Source of the DNA: Acutalibacteraceae bacterium
GTDB lineage: Bacteria; Bacillota; Clostridia; Oscillospirales; Acutalibacteraceae
DNA length: 64,000 nt
Assembly (NCBI GenBank): GCA_045647985.1
Contig: JAZRNB010000040.1
Location: 3,293 to 67,292 of the forward strand
Direction: 5' to 3'
Made by a program: the position numbers and the translations under genes. Below are positions 20,708 through 30,302 of this stretch, piece by piece; position 1 is the first letter of the stretch, and the number at the start of each line of letters is the position of its first letter. The notes below the pieces were generated by a model, which was not told the origin of the DNA, searched no databases, and was given only the letters and a program-made list of their open reading frames with translations.

Positions 20708-21418
20708 ATGGGGTGCAGAAAATTTGGTTTAACCAATAATCAATTGAAGATAATTGCGGTAATAGCAATGCTTTGTGACCATATCGGTAAGGAGCTTCTT
20801 GTTCAATTTGAATTTTTACAGGTTATCGGAAGAATAGCTTTGCCTATATTTGCTTATATGATTGCTGAGGGGTGCTTATATACCCGTAACCGTAAGCAAT
20901 ATATTATGAAAATTGCTTTATTTGCATTGGGATGCCAGCTTGTGTATTTTATTGCGGAGAGGTCATTATATCAGAATATTCTCGTGACATTTTCCCTTTC
21001 TGTGTTAACGGTATTCGCAATTGATAATTTCAGAAAAAGAAAAGATATTTTATCTGCTGTTCTGATGACCACAGAATTGGCTATTGTAGTTTTTTTATGT
21101 ATAGGCTTGCAGAAATTACCTGCATTTGCCGGTTTTCGTATCGATTACGGTATATTCGGCGTTTTGCTGCCTGTATCGGTGTATTTTGCTCCGAATAAGC
21201 AATTAAAGATAATTGCTGCTACTGTCATATTAATCGCTCTCGCATTTGATATGGGCGGTGTGCAATGGTTTTCCTTGGCTGCTGTGCCGTTGATTATGTT
21301 GTATAACCAAAAAAGAGGAAAATTTAATCTTAAGTATTTGTTTTACATATTTTATCCGTCACATCTTGCCGTCATTTATTTAATAAAGCTATTGCTGCAG
21401 AGCTTTAATATATTGTAA
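20708..21418 (+). CDS. TraX-family membrane protein (acyltransferase-like)
   Basis: The N-terminus LKIIAVIAMLCDHIG and the polytopic 236-aa layout are typical of the TraX family. Confidence 0.65.
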   Translation: MGCRKFGLTNNQLKIIAVIAMLCDHIGKELLVQFEFLQVIGRIALPIFAYMIAEGCLYTRNRKQYIMKIALFALGCQLVYFIAERSLYQNILVTFSLSVLTVFAIDNFRKRKDILSAVLMTTELAIVVFLCIGLQKLPAFAGFRIDYGIFGVLLPVSVYFAPNKQLKIIAATVILIALAFDMGGVQWFSLAAVPLIMLYNQKRGKFNLKYLFYIFYPSHLAVIYLIKLLLQSFNIL

Positions 21419-21423
21419 AAATC

Positions 21424-21451
21424 AGCCGCTCCCAAAAAAAAGGGAGCGGCT
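21424..21451. terminator. Stem-loop between convergent genes
   Basis: Perfect 10-bp stem agccgctccc / gggagcggct with an A8 loop. There is no strong T tail on the plus strand. Confidence 0.5.
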
Positions 21452-21457
21452 TGATAA

Positions 21458-22891
21458 TTATCCGATGATGAAAGTTGTTATACTGTTGCCTTTAAGATTT
21501 GTAGTAAATGAATTATCAGCTACTTCAATTTCAGAAAGCCTTGCCCAATGCTCCCCATTTTTCATATCACCGCTTGTTCTGATTACATTTACCGTTTCAT
21601 TTTTATGCGGGATATCCTTAAGTGTAAACGAAACTTTGTCGTCAGTATGATGCGTATTAACCGCAACAATAACAGTCTTTCCGTTGCTCTTATCATATGC
21701 GGCAAGAGTATTGCTGTCACCGGTGTGAATAATTGTCATACCGGGTCTAATGTATCTTGAAAACTGACCGAAGGCAAAATATTTCTGTGTAAGATAAATT
21801 TCCTCGTTGTCAATATCTGCAAAGGCCGTACCCCAGTAGCCTTTTGTAAGGTCGGGAATTCCGGGCATATCAAGCCGGCCTTTTTCATCGGGAATTTTTG
21901 AAATATATGCTGCTACTATCTGCCATATTACCCAGGCAGAAGGGGAGAGTGTGTTCATATCCTCTATGATTTTTTCCGCAAGCCACAATGCAGGCCCCAT
22001 TTCTCCCGGATTTTCTCCGCTGACACTGCTCCAGTCGCTTTCATCCATCCATATATTTTTATTGAGATCTCTTGCCAGCTTTCCTATCTGCGGTGTTGCC
22101 TTCATATAAGTGTGGGTGCTGATTCTTCCTACCTCGGCTAAAGCTTGCTTCGAGAGCATTCTGGTGGCAACATATTGTGCAACGGTATTTGTTTCATCGC
22201 TTGCCGTAACAACAATATCGTGAAGCCCCTTTTCTCTCAGAGCCTCTGCAGTTGCAATTATAATACTGCTCTGCATTTTTCCGGGAGAGACAAAGCATCC
22301 CTCCTGCTTTTCCGAATATGCTCTCCAGAAGTTAGTGAAAGGCTCATTCATAGCCGCAAGGCTTCTTATTCTTATACCTGAGCTTTTCTGAATATAATCA
22401 CACACATTTGCAAGATATTCAGCAAAGGGGCGGATGCAGACCTTTTTCAGATTGTTGGATATTGCATTCTGACTTCCCGAGCTGCAGCCGCTTACCGTCA
22501 TATAGTAAGGCGGTGAATTTGAAAAAGCCTCAACATAAGCATTTTTTCCTGCCTTTTTATAGCATTCGGAAAGCACGGCAAGCTGATTAGAGTCGGTATC
22601 GGCATTAAAAACAAATTCATTTTTATTTTCATCAAATTTCCACCAACCGGGCATTTCTGAATCTGTTCTTTTTATGTGATTATGTGACGGGTCATCTCCG
22701 CCTCCGATGTTATATCTCATAATGTTGAGGTTAAGACCTTCATCGGAATAGAAAAGACGGGCACTGTTTTCAATCATTTTTGCACTGAAGCCCACTCTGT
22801 TTGCCCACCAGCAAAGACTGGTGCCCCAGCCTTCAAAGAAGCCGTTATTTGTATGGGAGGCATTATTGACCGAAACTGTAATCTTTCTCAT
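21458..22891 (-). CDS. GH30-like glycoside hydrolase
   Basis: FFEGWGTSLCWWANRVG resembles the GH30 N-terminal motif. 477 aa with a TIM-barrel plus beta-sandwich length. No signal peptide is present. Confidence 0.6.
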   Translation of the reverse strand: MRKITVSVNNASHTNNGFFEGWGTSLCWWANRVGFSAKMIENSARLFYSDEGLNLNIMRYNIGGGDDPSHNHIKRTDSEMPGWWKFDENKNEFVFNADTDSNQLAVLSECYKKAGKNAYVEAFSNSPPYYMTVSGCSSGSQNAISNNLKKVCIRPFAEYLANVCDYIQKSSGIRIRSLAAMNEPFTNFWRAYSEKQEGCFVSPGKMQSSIIIATAEALREKGLHDIVVTASDETNTVAQYVATRMLSKQALAEVGRISTHTYMKATPQIGKLARDLNKNIWMDESDWSSVSGENPGEMGPALWLAEKIIEDMNTLSPSAWVIWQIVAAYISKIPDEKGRLDMPGIPDLTKGYWGTAFADIDNEEIYLTQKYFAFGQFSRYIRPGMTIIHTGDSNTLAAYDKSNGKTVIVAVNTHHTDDKVSFTLKDIPHKNETVNVIRTSGDMKNGEHWARLSEIEVADNSFTTNLKGNSITTFIIG

Positions 22892-22921
22892 AACATCACC
22901 TGCTTACTTGTAATGAATAGA

Positions 22922-25168
22922 TCAGAATAATTTTGCCAAATTTCCGATAATTGTAAGTATGATTGCTGTAAGTAATTCTATAAGTGAATCGGCATTTTCT
23001 ATATTTACATCAAAGGGATTTCCCGTAATCTCTGTTTCGGGACCGAATGAAATGTTATCTATGCTGATTGAAGCTGTGCTGTTATCTTTTGAGGAAAAAG
23101 TAAATTGTATATCGCGTATTTTATTGAGCTTTTCATTATCGTAAGATAATGAGCACTCGTTGCCAAGGTGATATAGTTTGTTAAGATTAAGGGTGATGTA
23201 ATGCCAGCTGCCGTCTGCGGGAATAATTGCTGAAACATCGAGAGTTCCTGTTATTTCTGGGGAATACCACATTACGGGATTTATGATAAATTTTGCTCCC
23301 TCGAAAACCACATCTGCCGTGCCGTTGTTTTTAGCATAGAAACTTATACTTCCGTAAGATGAATAATCAGTTTCTGTATCTCTGAAATTTTTTGTTGTAG
23401 TGTTTTCTTTGTAAGAAGTAACAGGGGAGATATAAAATGATTTTTTTGCGGAAGCAATATTCAACCCTGATGTGCTATCAATGCTGTCATTTCCTGAAAA
23501 TGAAATTTCCGCATTGTTGCTGTTCCATGTATTGTAATAGCCTGAGAATTTATCATCTTCTGTGTGCCATGTTAATTCGTCATCGCACTGAGTCCAGGTT
23601 TTTTCCTTCCAGAATTTTTCTGCGTAATTGTAATCCGTTATAAACGGGGCAACGGGAAGGGCAAGTTCTTTGTTATCGGTGGTATAAAGATTTGCAGTCT
23701 GATTAGCTACACAGTATGCGTATGTTACGGATTTGGGATTATCGATCAAATCGGAATATACTTTTATTGTATCTGCAGATACAATTTCTGCTGTTGCATT
23801 TACATACACACCGTCTTTACCGCAGATCGCAAAGCCTTTTGCTGTTTTTCCGTTTATTGTAAGTCCGTTGCCGACATTGTTAAATGAAACATAAATCTCG
23901 TTGTCGGTAATTTCAACCTTGCTGACGGTTGCTGCTGTATATGAATCGTTTCTGTTATACACAAGGCCGTAGGCTGCATCGGCCATTCTTTGGCCTACTT
24001 CTTCCTTTCTTTCGGGATGTATGAGACCTGCATCGGGAAGATACGTAAGCGGAATGTCATATATGGTAATCAAAGCTCTTGAAGAGGCTTTCTGCTGCTG
24101 CATTTTTGTATATTCATAGTTCCAGTTGTTCAGAAGTGATTCGTCTTCGGAATAGTTGTAAGAAGCTATCTGTGTGAATACCAGAGGAAGAAGTCCGCTT
24201 TTGTATGAGAAAACATCGGTGTAGGAACTCTGAAGTAAATTCAGCATTTCAGCATACTCTGTGTTGCCTGTCATAAGGTCCGTTTCTCCCTGATACCACA
24301 GCATGCCTGAAATTCTGAAGTTCTTTAACGGAGCAATTTTCTGGTTGAAATTGGCTGTCATATCAAAATATACACTCTGCTCAGCTTCATTCCAGTCAGA
24401 AAGAGAAAAATATTCACCTTTACCGATAAGATAATTTTTAATTTTTTCATTGCCGTCTATAGCTTCTCTTGATAACCAGGAGCGGATTGATGAGCCGCCG
24501 AGCGAGGAATTGAGAATGCCGACAGGCATACCGAGCTTATCCATCATATCTTCTGCAAAGAAATAGGCTACTGCACTCATGTTGAATATATCCGACAATT
24601 CACCGTTTACCCACACTGCGTCAGATAAATCATTCTGTGGCTCGGCAGGAATAAGAGATGTCGAGTTTTTGTACTCAGGATAAGCAGGTACCATAAGCAC
24701 TCGGAGCCATTTGCTGAATTTTTCGGAATTATTAAATTTCTCTGCACCTGTTTTAGTCTGGATGAGAGGGTATTGCATATTGCTCTGACCGCTTGCAAGC
24801 CACAATTCGCCGAAAACCACATTGCTGAGGGTTTCAAAGCTTTTACCGTTTTCTGAAAGCGTGATAGTATACTCACTGAAGCTGCCGGCAGGTGCAGGAA
24901 ATGTTACGGCAAATGTGCCGTCTGATGCCGTTGTTGAGTTGCCTGTTGCTATAACGGTATTATTCTTATCGTAAAGTGAAAGTGTGATTTTACTTCCCGG
25001 ATTGCCTTTACCTTCAATTACAGCCTCTGAATTCTGAAGGAACAGCATTCCGTCAGAATAAATATTCAGTATTTTTGCTGTTTCTTCAGTTGCTGAAATC
25101 ATAAAAGCAAACGAAAACAGCATAGCTGAAGCGAGTATTGCTGCAAGAATTCTTTTAGTGTTTTTCAT
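22922..25168 (-). CDS. Secreted SASA-domain carbohydrate esterase (sialate O-acetylesterase-like)
   Basis: Signal peptide MKNTKRILAAILASAMLFSFAFMISA. GELWLASGQSNMQYPL is the SASA/SGNH-like active-site block. There is a C-terminal hydrophobic tail. Start ATG 25168 is preferred over 25207. Confidence 0.7.
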   Translation of the reverse strand: MKNTKRILAAILASAMLFSFAFMISATEETAKILNIYSDGMLFLQNSEAVIEGKGNPGSKITLSLYDKNNTVIATGNSTTASDGTFAVTFPAPAGSFSEYTITLSENGKSFETLSNVVFGELWLASGQSNMQYPLIQTKTGAEKFNNSEKFSKWLRVLMVPAYPEYKNSTSLIPAEPQNDLSDAVWVNGELSDIFNMSAVAYFFAEDMMDKLGMPVGILNSSLGGSSIRSWLSREAIDGNEKIKNYLIGKGEYFSLSDWNEAEQSVYFDMTANFNQKIAPLKNFRISGMLWYQGETDLMTGNTEYAEMLNLLQSSYTDVFSYKSGLLPLVFTQIASYNYSEDESLLNNWNYEYTKMQQQKASSRALITIYDIPLTYLPDAGLIHPERKEEVGQRMADAAYGLVYNRNDSYTAATVSKVEITDNEIYVSFNNVGNGLTINGKTAKGFAICGKDGVYVNATAEIVSADTIKVYSDLIDNPKSVTYAYCVANQTANLYTTDNKELALPVAPFITDYNYAEKFWKEKTWTQCDDELTWHTEDDKFSGYYNTWNSNNAEISFSGNDSIDSTSGLNIASAKKSFYISPVTSYKENTTTKNFRDTETDYSSYGSISFYAKNNGTADVVFEGAKFIINPVMWYSPEITGTLDVSAIIPADGSWHYITLNLNKLYHLGNECSLSYDNEKLNKIRDIQFTFSSKDNSTASISIDNISFGPETEITGNPFDVNIENADSLIELLTAIILTIIGNLAKLF

Positions 25169-25312
25169 AGAATCAACTCCCTGAATTTTATAGTTAAATA
25201 TTAACACAATCTTTTGTTTCCGTCAACAAAACTATTGACTTCAGGTTTAAACTGTTTACTTTATTCTGCCGGTGCTGTATACTGTAGATATATACAGGAC
25301 GGAGAATGAATT

Positions 25313-25840
25313 ATGAAAAATGTCAGCTTAAGATATGCCTGTGCAGAGGATGCAGAGCCTTTACTTGAAATATACTCATATTATGTAAGCAATACGGCAA
25401 TTTCATATGAATATGATGTGCCATCTGTTGAAGAGTTCAGAAGAAGGATAGTTACAACACTTGAAAAGTATCCTTATTTTGTTCTTGAGGAAAACGGTGT
25501 TGTTGTCGGTTATTCGTATGCAGGGCCTTTTAAGGTAAGGGAAGCCTACAGATATTCTGTTGAAACCACCATTTATCTGAAGCACGGCTTTCAGAAAAAG
25601 GGCTACGGCAGAATCCTTCTTACAGCTCTCGAAACAGAGCTTTCGGAAAGAGGATTTACAAATGCCAATGCCTGTATTGCGTTCACTGAAACAGACGATG
25701 AGTATCTGAATAAAAACAGTATGGCTTTTCACTCTGCTATGGGTTACACTCTTGTCGGAAGATTTCATAAATGTGCATATAAATTCGGCAGATGGTACGA
25801 TATGATATGGATGGAGAAGTTTATCGGTGAGCACAAATAA
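25313..25840 (+). CDS. GNAT N-acetyltransferase (phosphinothricin/MnaT-like)
   Basis: 175 aa. LRYACAEDAEPLLEIYSYYV plus FQKKGYGRILL (motif A). Confidence 0.65.
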   Translation: MKNVSLRYACAEDAEPLLEIYSYYVSNTAISYEYDVPSVEEFRRRIVTTLEKYPYFVLEENGVVVGYSYAGPFKVREAYRYSVETTIYLKHGFQKKGYGRILLTALETELSERGFTNANACIAFTETDDEYLNKNSMAFHSAMGYTLVGRFHKCAYKFGRWYDMIWMEKFIGEHK

Positions 25841-25924
25841 AATATACAATATATGAAAAATATGTAATTGAAATGTAAACAAATTTGTGATACCATTATA
25901 GTATTGTTATATAGGAGTGATATT

Positions 25925-27616
25925 ATGGCAGTATCAAATATAGGTGTTTTTCTCGGAAACATAGTTTATACCGGATTTAAGCACTTTACTTCAATTCCCA
26001 TGGAAACACAGCAGAAAACTCTTGAAACAATAATGAAAAGGAATAAGGACTGTGAGCTGGGTAAAAAATACGGTTTTTCGGAAATCCGCACACTTCGTGA
26101 TTTTCAGGACAAGGTTCCTCTTTCTACATTTGAAGATTACTTTCCTCTTATAAACCGTATGATTGATAATAATGAGGAAAATATCATTACAGGCAGCAAG
26201 ATTATCAGATACTGCTCTTCCTCGGGCAGTGTAGGTGTTCCGAAGCTGCAGCCCAAAACTGCAAGAGATCTTTTTAATATGCAGTCAATGGGCTTTGCAG
26301 CAACACCTGCCTGTGCTGCCAATTATTTTAAGGAGAAGGGTATATATAAAAAGCTTCCTGCCCAGATGGGACCGTTACTTCTGTCTCTTAACGGGCATCC
26401 TCTTAAAAACGGTATGCGCTGTAACGGTGCAGGACAGATACCTTTTACTTATCTTCTGCCCCTTATTCCGTTTTTTTCAACAACTCCTCTTGATATTCTC
26501 TTTCCCGAGGATGAAGAGAATACCGATATCTCATATTTCCAGTTAAGATTTGCTCTTACCAACCGAAAGGTTACTTATCTCGGTTCAATGGTAATCACTC
26601 TTATGCTTACTATGTTTGAATATCTTGAAGCCAACTGGGAAATGATTTGTAATGATATAGAAAATGGAACAATTGATCCTTCGGTCAGATGTCCTGAATC
26701 TCTGCGTAAAAAATACGAAAAATTAAAGCCTGATCCCAAGAGAGCTAAGGAGCTTCGCACGGAATTTGAAAAGGGCTTTGATACGGAAATACCTATAGCA
26801 AAGAGAATATGGCCCAAGGTTTGCTGGGGATACGGAATGATAAGCTCAACTCTTTCAGTTTATGTTGAAAAGCTTAATCGCTATATCGGTGATATGCCCC
26901 TTCACAATATGGGATATGCGGCATCGGAGGGATATATGGCAATGCCCATTACCCTTAATGCCAATGACTATGTGCTTCTTCCCAGGAGTATCATATATGA
27001 GTTTTTACCTGTTGATGCTCCCGACGGCACAAGACCTCTTTTTATGGATGAGGTTGAGGTTGGTAAGGAATACGAGATAATTGTCACAAATTTCTCTGGA
27101 CTTTACAGATACCGTATTCTTGATATTGTAAAAATTACGGGTATGCACAATAAGACTCCTAAAATTGAATTCCTTTACCGTTCAAATATGGGACTTAATG
27201 TAGCTAACGAAAAAACAACCACCCAGATGCTTGATTATGTGGCAAATAAGGTTCAGAAAGAGTTTGATATTTCATTTAACGGATATAGCTTCTACGGTGA
27301 TACTGATGAGACAGGTGCACTTCCCAGATATGCCTTTATGTGTGATACATCTTCCGATATCCCGACTGTAAGGAATGATGAGCTTGTTCATTTTATTGAT
27401 GAGGCATTCAGAGAGTGCAACGAAAAGTACGATAAATACAGAAGATGGGGTATGCTCCGTGAGCCGATTGTTTATCAGCTGGAAACAGGTGCATATGCCG
27501 CATACAAGTCTTCTCTTGTTGCTCAGGGCAGAGTTCTTAATCAGATAAAGCCCGTTGTTGTAATCAATACACCCGAAAGAAAAGATTTCTTCTTTTCAAA
27601 GATTATAAGTAAATAA
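25925..27616 (+). CDS. Bacterial GH3-family adenylating enzyme, copy 2
   Basis: CSSSGSVGVPKLQP P-loop and GLYRYRILDIVK. Collinear with copy 1. ATG 25925 follows an AGGAG RBS. Confidence 0.7.
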   Translation: MAVSNIGVFLGNIVYTGFKHFTSIPMETQQKTLETIMKRNKDCELGKKYGFSEIRTLRDFQDKVPLSTFEDYFPLINRMIDNNEENIITGSKIIRYCSSSGSVGVPKLQPKTARDLFNMQSMGFAATPACAANYFKEKGIYKKLPAQMGPLLLSLNGHPLKNGMRCNGAGQIPFTYLLPLIPFFSTTPLDILFPEDEENTDISYFQLRFALTNRKVTYLGSMVITLMLTMFEYLEANWEMICNDIENGTIDPSVRCPESLRKKYEKLKPDPKRAKELRTEFEKGFDTEIPIAKRIWPKVCWGYGMISSTLSVYVEKLNRYIGDMPLHNMGYAASEGYMAMPITLNANDYVLLPRSIIYEFLPVDAPDGTRPLFMDEVEVGKEYEIIVTNFSGLYRYRILDIVKITGMHNKTPKIEFLYRSNMGLNVANEKTTTQMLDYVANKVQKEFDISFNGYSFYGDTDETGALPRYAFMCDTSSDIPTVRNDELVHFIDEAFRECNEKYDKYRRWGMLREPIVYQLETGAYAAYKSSLVAQGRVLNQIKPVVVINTPERKDFFFSKIISK

Positions 27617-27648
27617 CTGGTTGCAGTTCATAATAACGGAGGAAAATT

Positions 27649-29022
27649 ATGGAAAAGAAACTTACAAAAAAGACCTGGTTTAACATAATCCTTTTCAGCT
27701 TAACGGGTCAGCTTGCATGGAACGTTGAAAATATGTGCTTTAACGTATTTATGTATAATTCAATTTATGCTGATGCTACCCAGGAAGCAGCTTCAAAATT
27801 TGAAGCTATGTCTGCCGTTAACGTAATGGTTGCCTGTTCTGCTGTAGTAGCTGTACTTACAACCTTCATTATGGGTAATCTCAGCGATAAGTTCAGAAAC
27901 AGACGTTTGTTTATCTCTGTCGGTTATATTGCTTGGGGTATTGTTACCGGTCTTTTCGGTTTTATCACAAAGGACAACATTGCTTCTCTTACGGGCATTT
28001 CAGATGAGGTGAGCCTTCTTCTTGCAAGTGTATGGGCAGTTATTATTATGGACTGTATTATGACCGCAATGGGCTCAACCAGTAATGACTCTGCATTCAA
28101 TGCATGGGTAACGGATATAACAACACCTTCTGTAAGGCCCAAGGTTGAAACACTTCTTGCTGTTATTCCTCTTGTTGCAACAGTTGTGGTTCTCGGTTTT
28201 AATACTCTCGCTCAGTCAGGCACAATTTCCTACACAACATTCTTTATAGGGCTCGGTGCATTTGTTATTCTCTGCGGTGTGCTCGGCTTATTTATTCTTG
28301 AAGAACCTAAGTCTAAGAGTCCTGAAAATGAGAAGATTCCTTATTTTAAGAATCTTGTATATACCTTCCGTCCTTCTGTTATCAAGGAAAACAGCCGTCT
28401 ATATATGGCACTTGCCGCTATTTGCTGTATAAGTGTTGCTTTCCAGACCTTCTTCCCCTATTTCTTCATTTATATCCAGCACGCACTTCTTCCCGGACTT
28501 GAAACAATTAAGATCGGTGTGCTTCCCATTGCTGCAGTTGTTCTTGGTCTTGCTGCTTCTGTTGCTGTTGCTGTTCTCTTTATGAAAATGGCAGCAAAGG
28601 ACAAGAAATCTATCTTTGTTCCCAGTATTGTTATTCTTTTTGCAGGACTGATGGGTGCATCATTTGCAGGAAATAATATTTTCTACTTTATTGCATTTGC
28701 GCTGCCCGCAGTGGTTGCATATTTCATTTTCTCTATTCAGCTTAATGCTCTTATAAGGGACTTTACTCCCGAAGGCAAGGCTGGTCTTTTCCAGGGTGTC
28801 AGAATGATTTTCGTGGTTCTTATTCCTATGGTTATCGGTCCCAAGCTCGGCGAAATTGCAAGTAAGGGCTCACAGATTTATTATGAAAACGAAGTTCATG
28901 TGCAGAAGCTTCTTCCCTCGGCAAGTATGTTTGCATATGCCGCGGTTGCTGCCGCTGTAGCACTTATTCCCCTTATCATCCTTATGAAAAAGGGTATTGA
29001 ATTAAAAAAAGAACAGAAATAA
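27649..29022 (+). CDS. MFS transporter
   Basis: 457 aa and about 12 TM segments. It begins 32 nt after GH3 copy 2. Confidence 0.7.
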   Translation: MEKKLTKKTWFNIILFSLTGQLAWNVENMCFNVFMYNSIYADATQEAASKFEAMSAVNVMVACSAVVAVLTTFIMGNLSDKFRNRRLFISVGYIAWGIVTGLFGFITKDNIASLTGISDEVSLLLASVWAVIIMDCIMTAMGSTSNDSAFNAWVTDITTPSVRPKVETLLAVIPLVATVVVLGFNTLAQSGTISYTTFFIGLGAFVILCGVLGLFILEEPKSKSPENEKIPYFKNLVYTFRPSVIKENSRLYMALAAICCISVAFQTFFPYFFIYIQHALLPGLETIKIGVLPIAAVVLGLAASVAVAVLFMKMAAKDKKSIFVPSIVILFAGLMGASFAGNNIFYFIAFALPAVVAYFIFSIQLNALIRDFTPEGKAGLFQGVRMIFVVLIPMVIGPKLGEIASKGSQIYYENEVHVQKLLPSASMFAYAAVAAAVALIPLIILMKKGIELKKEQK

Positions 29023-29034
29023 GAGAATAATCAC

Positions 29035-29070
29035 AGGCATCCCCGATAAAACGGAGATGCCTTGATTTTT
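29035..29070 (+). terminator. Rho-independent terminator after the MFS gene
   Basis: Stem aggcatc / gatgcct followed by tgattttt. Confidence 0.5.
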
Positions 29071-29081
29071 AGGAACAGAAA

Positions 29082-29579
29082 ATGAAAAAAGTAATTGTAA
29101 TAGGCTGTCCCGGATCGGGAAAAAGTACATTTTCAAGAGCATTACACGAGTTGATAGGTTTACCCTTATATCATCTTGATTTATTATACTGGAACAGCGA
29201 CAGAACAATTGTCAGCAAAGAGATTTTCCGTGAAAGACTGCAAAATGTTCTTGTTTTTGACAGGTGGATAATTGACGGTAATTACGGCTCCACAATGGAA
29301 ATGAGAATGGCAGAATGTGATACGGTTTTCTTTCTTGATTATCCTTTGGAAGTCTGCATTGAGGGCATTCGGCAACGGCAAGGGAAACCACGTCCTGATA
29401 TGCCTTGGATAGAAACAGAAGACGACGAAGAATTTATGGAATTTATTAAAAATTTTGAAAAAGAAAGTAAGCCGAAAATACTCCGGTTGTTGCAAAAGTA
29501 CAAAGAAAAGAATATTATTATACTAAAAAGCCGTGAAGAGGCTGATAAACTTATAAATAATTTAGTAAAAGTTACTTGA
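29082..29579 (+). CDS. P-loop NTPase, adenylate-kinase-fold (topology-modulation-protein-like)
   Basis: Walker A motif VIGCPGSGKST. 165 aa. Confidence 0.65.
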   Translation: MKKVIVIGCPGSGKSTFSRALHELIGLPLYHLDLLYWNSDRTIVSKEIFRERLQNVLVFDRWIIDGNYGSTMEMRMAECDTVFFLDYPLEVCIEGIRQRQGKPRPDMPWIETEDDEEFMEFIKNFEKESKPKILRLLQKYKEKNIIILKSREEADKLINNLVKVT

Positions 29580-29591
29580 GGGAGAAATAAT

Positions 29592-30176
29592 ATGCCTGTT
29601 TTTTCTATAATGTTTTGTGTAATCATTTTAATTGTTTATATTTTTGATAATTTTATAATAATTCCGAAAACAGAAAACATAACACTTAAAGAAAAACTGT
29701 TGTCAGGACACAACAAAGGTTACATAAACCACGCACTGTATCTGTCTGAAAATAAAATCAAAAAAGGGCAATTATGGCGTCTTGTTTCGTCATCACTTCT
29801 TCATGTCGGTATAGTGCATATCGCTTTTAATATAACAGCAATTCTCATTGTAGGATGGGCAGTTGAATCCCGGCTTGGTTCAGTAAAAACCGCACTTTGT
29901 TTTATTGTAACCACTTTAGTATCAGGTTTATTCATGGCTTTTGTGTATAAGCTCCAGGAGGGCGAGGGTGCATCACCGGGAATTTACGGTCTTGTTGCGG
30001 TATTTGTTATGCTCGCTGTCAAAAACGGTACTGTTTTCTTTTCTCCCGTACCGTGGGGAGCATTGATAGTTTTAGCAATTTATACGGTCAGCGGAATGTT
30101 TATGGGTAAGACAACCGCTTTTGAACATATATCCGGCTTTGTCGGCGGTCTTTTGGTTGGAATTGTGTTGATATAA
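29592..30176 (+). CDS. Rhomboid-family intramembrane serine protease
   Basis: HVGIVHIAFN (HxxxN), GASPGIYG (GxSxxxxG) and HISGFVGG (catalytic His), within about 6 TM segments. Confidence 0.75.
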   Translation: MPVFSIMFCVIILIVYIFDNFIIIPKTENITLKEKLLSGHNKGYINHALYLSENKIKKGQLWRLVSSSLLHVGIVHIAFNITAILIVGWAVESRLGSVKTALCFIVTTLVSGLFMAFVYKLQEGEGASPGIYGLVAVFVMLAVKNGTVFFSPVPWGALIVLAIYTVSGMFMGKTTAFEHISGFVGGLLVGIVLI

Positions 30177-30302
30177 TCTGAGATGGTAAGCTTTACAAAC
30201 AATTTGAAACAAGGTAAAGACAGTCCTTTTGTTGGCTGTAATACGTGGGGTAACGTTCCGTGCCGGTATACTCATTGTGAGATTAAGATAAGGAGAAATT
30301 GA

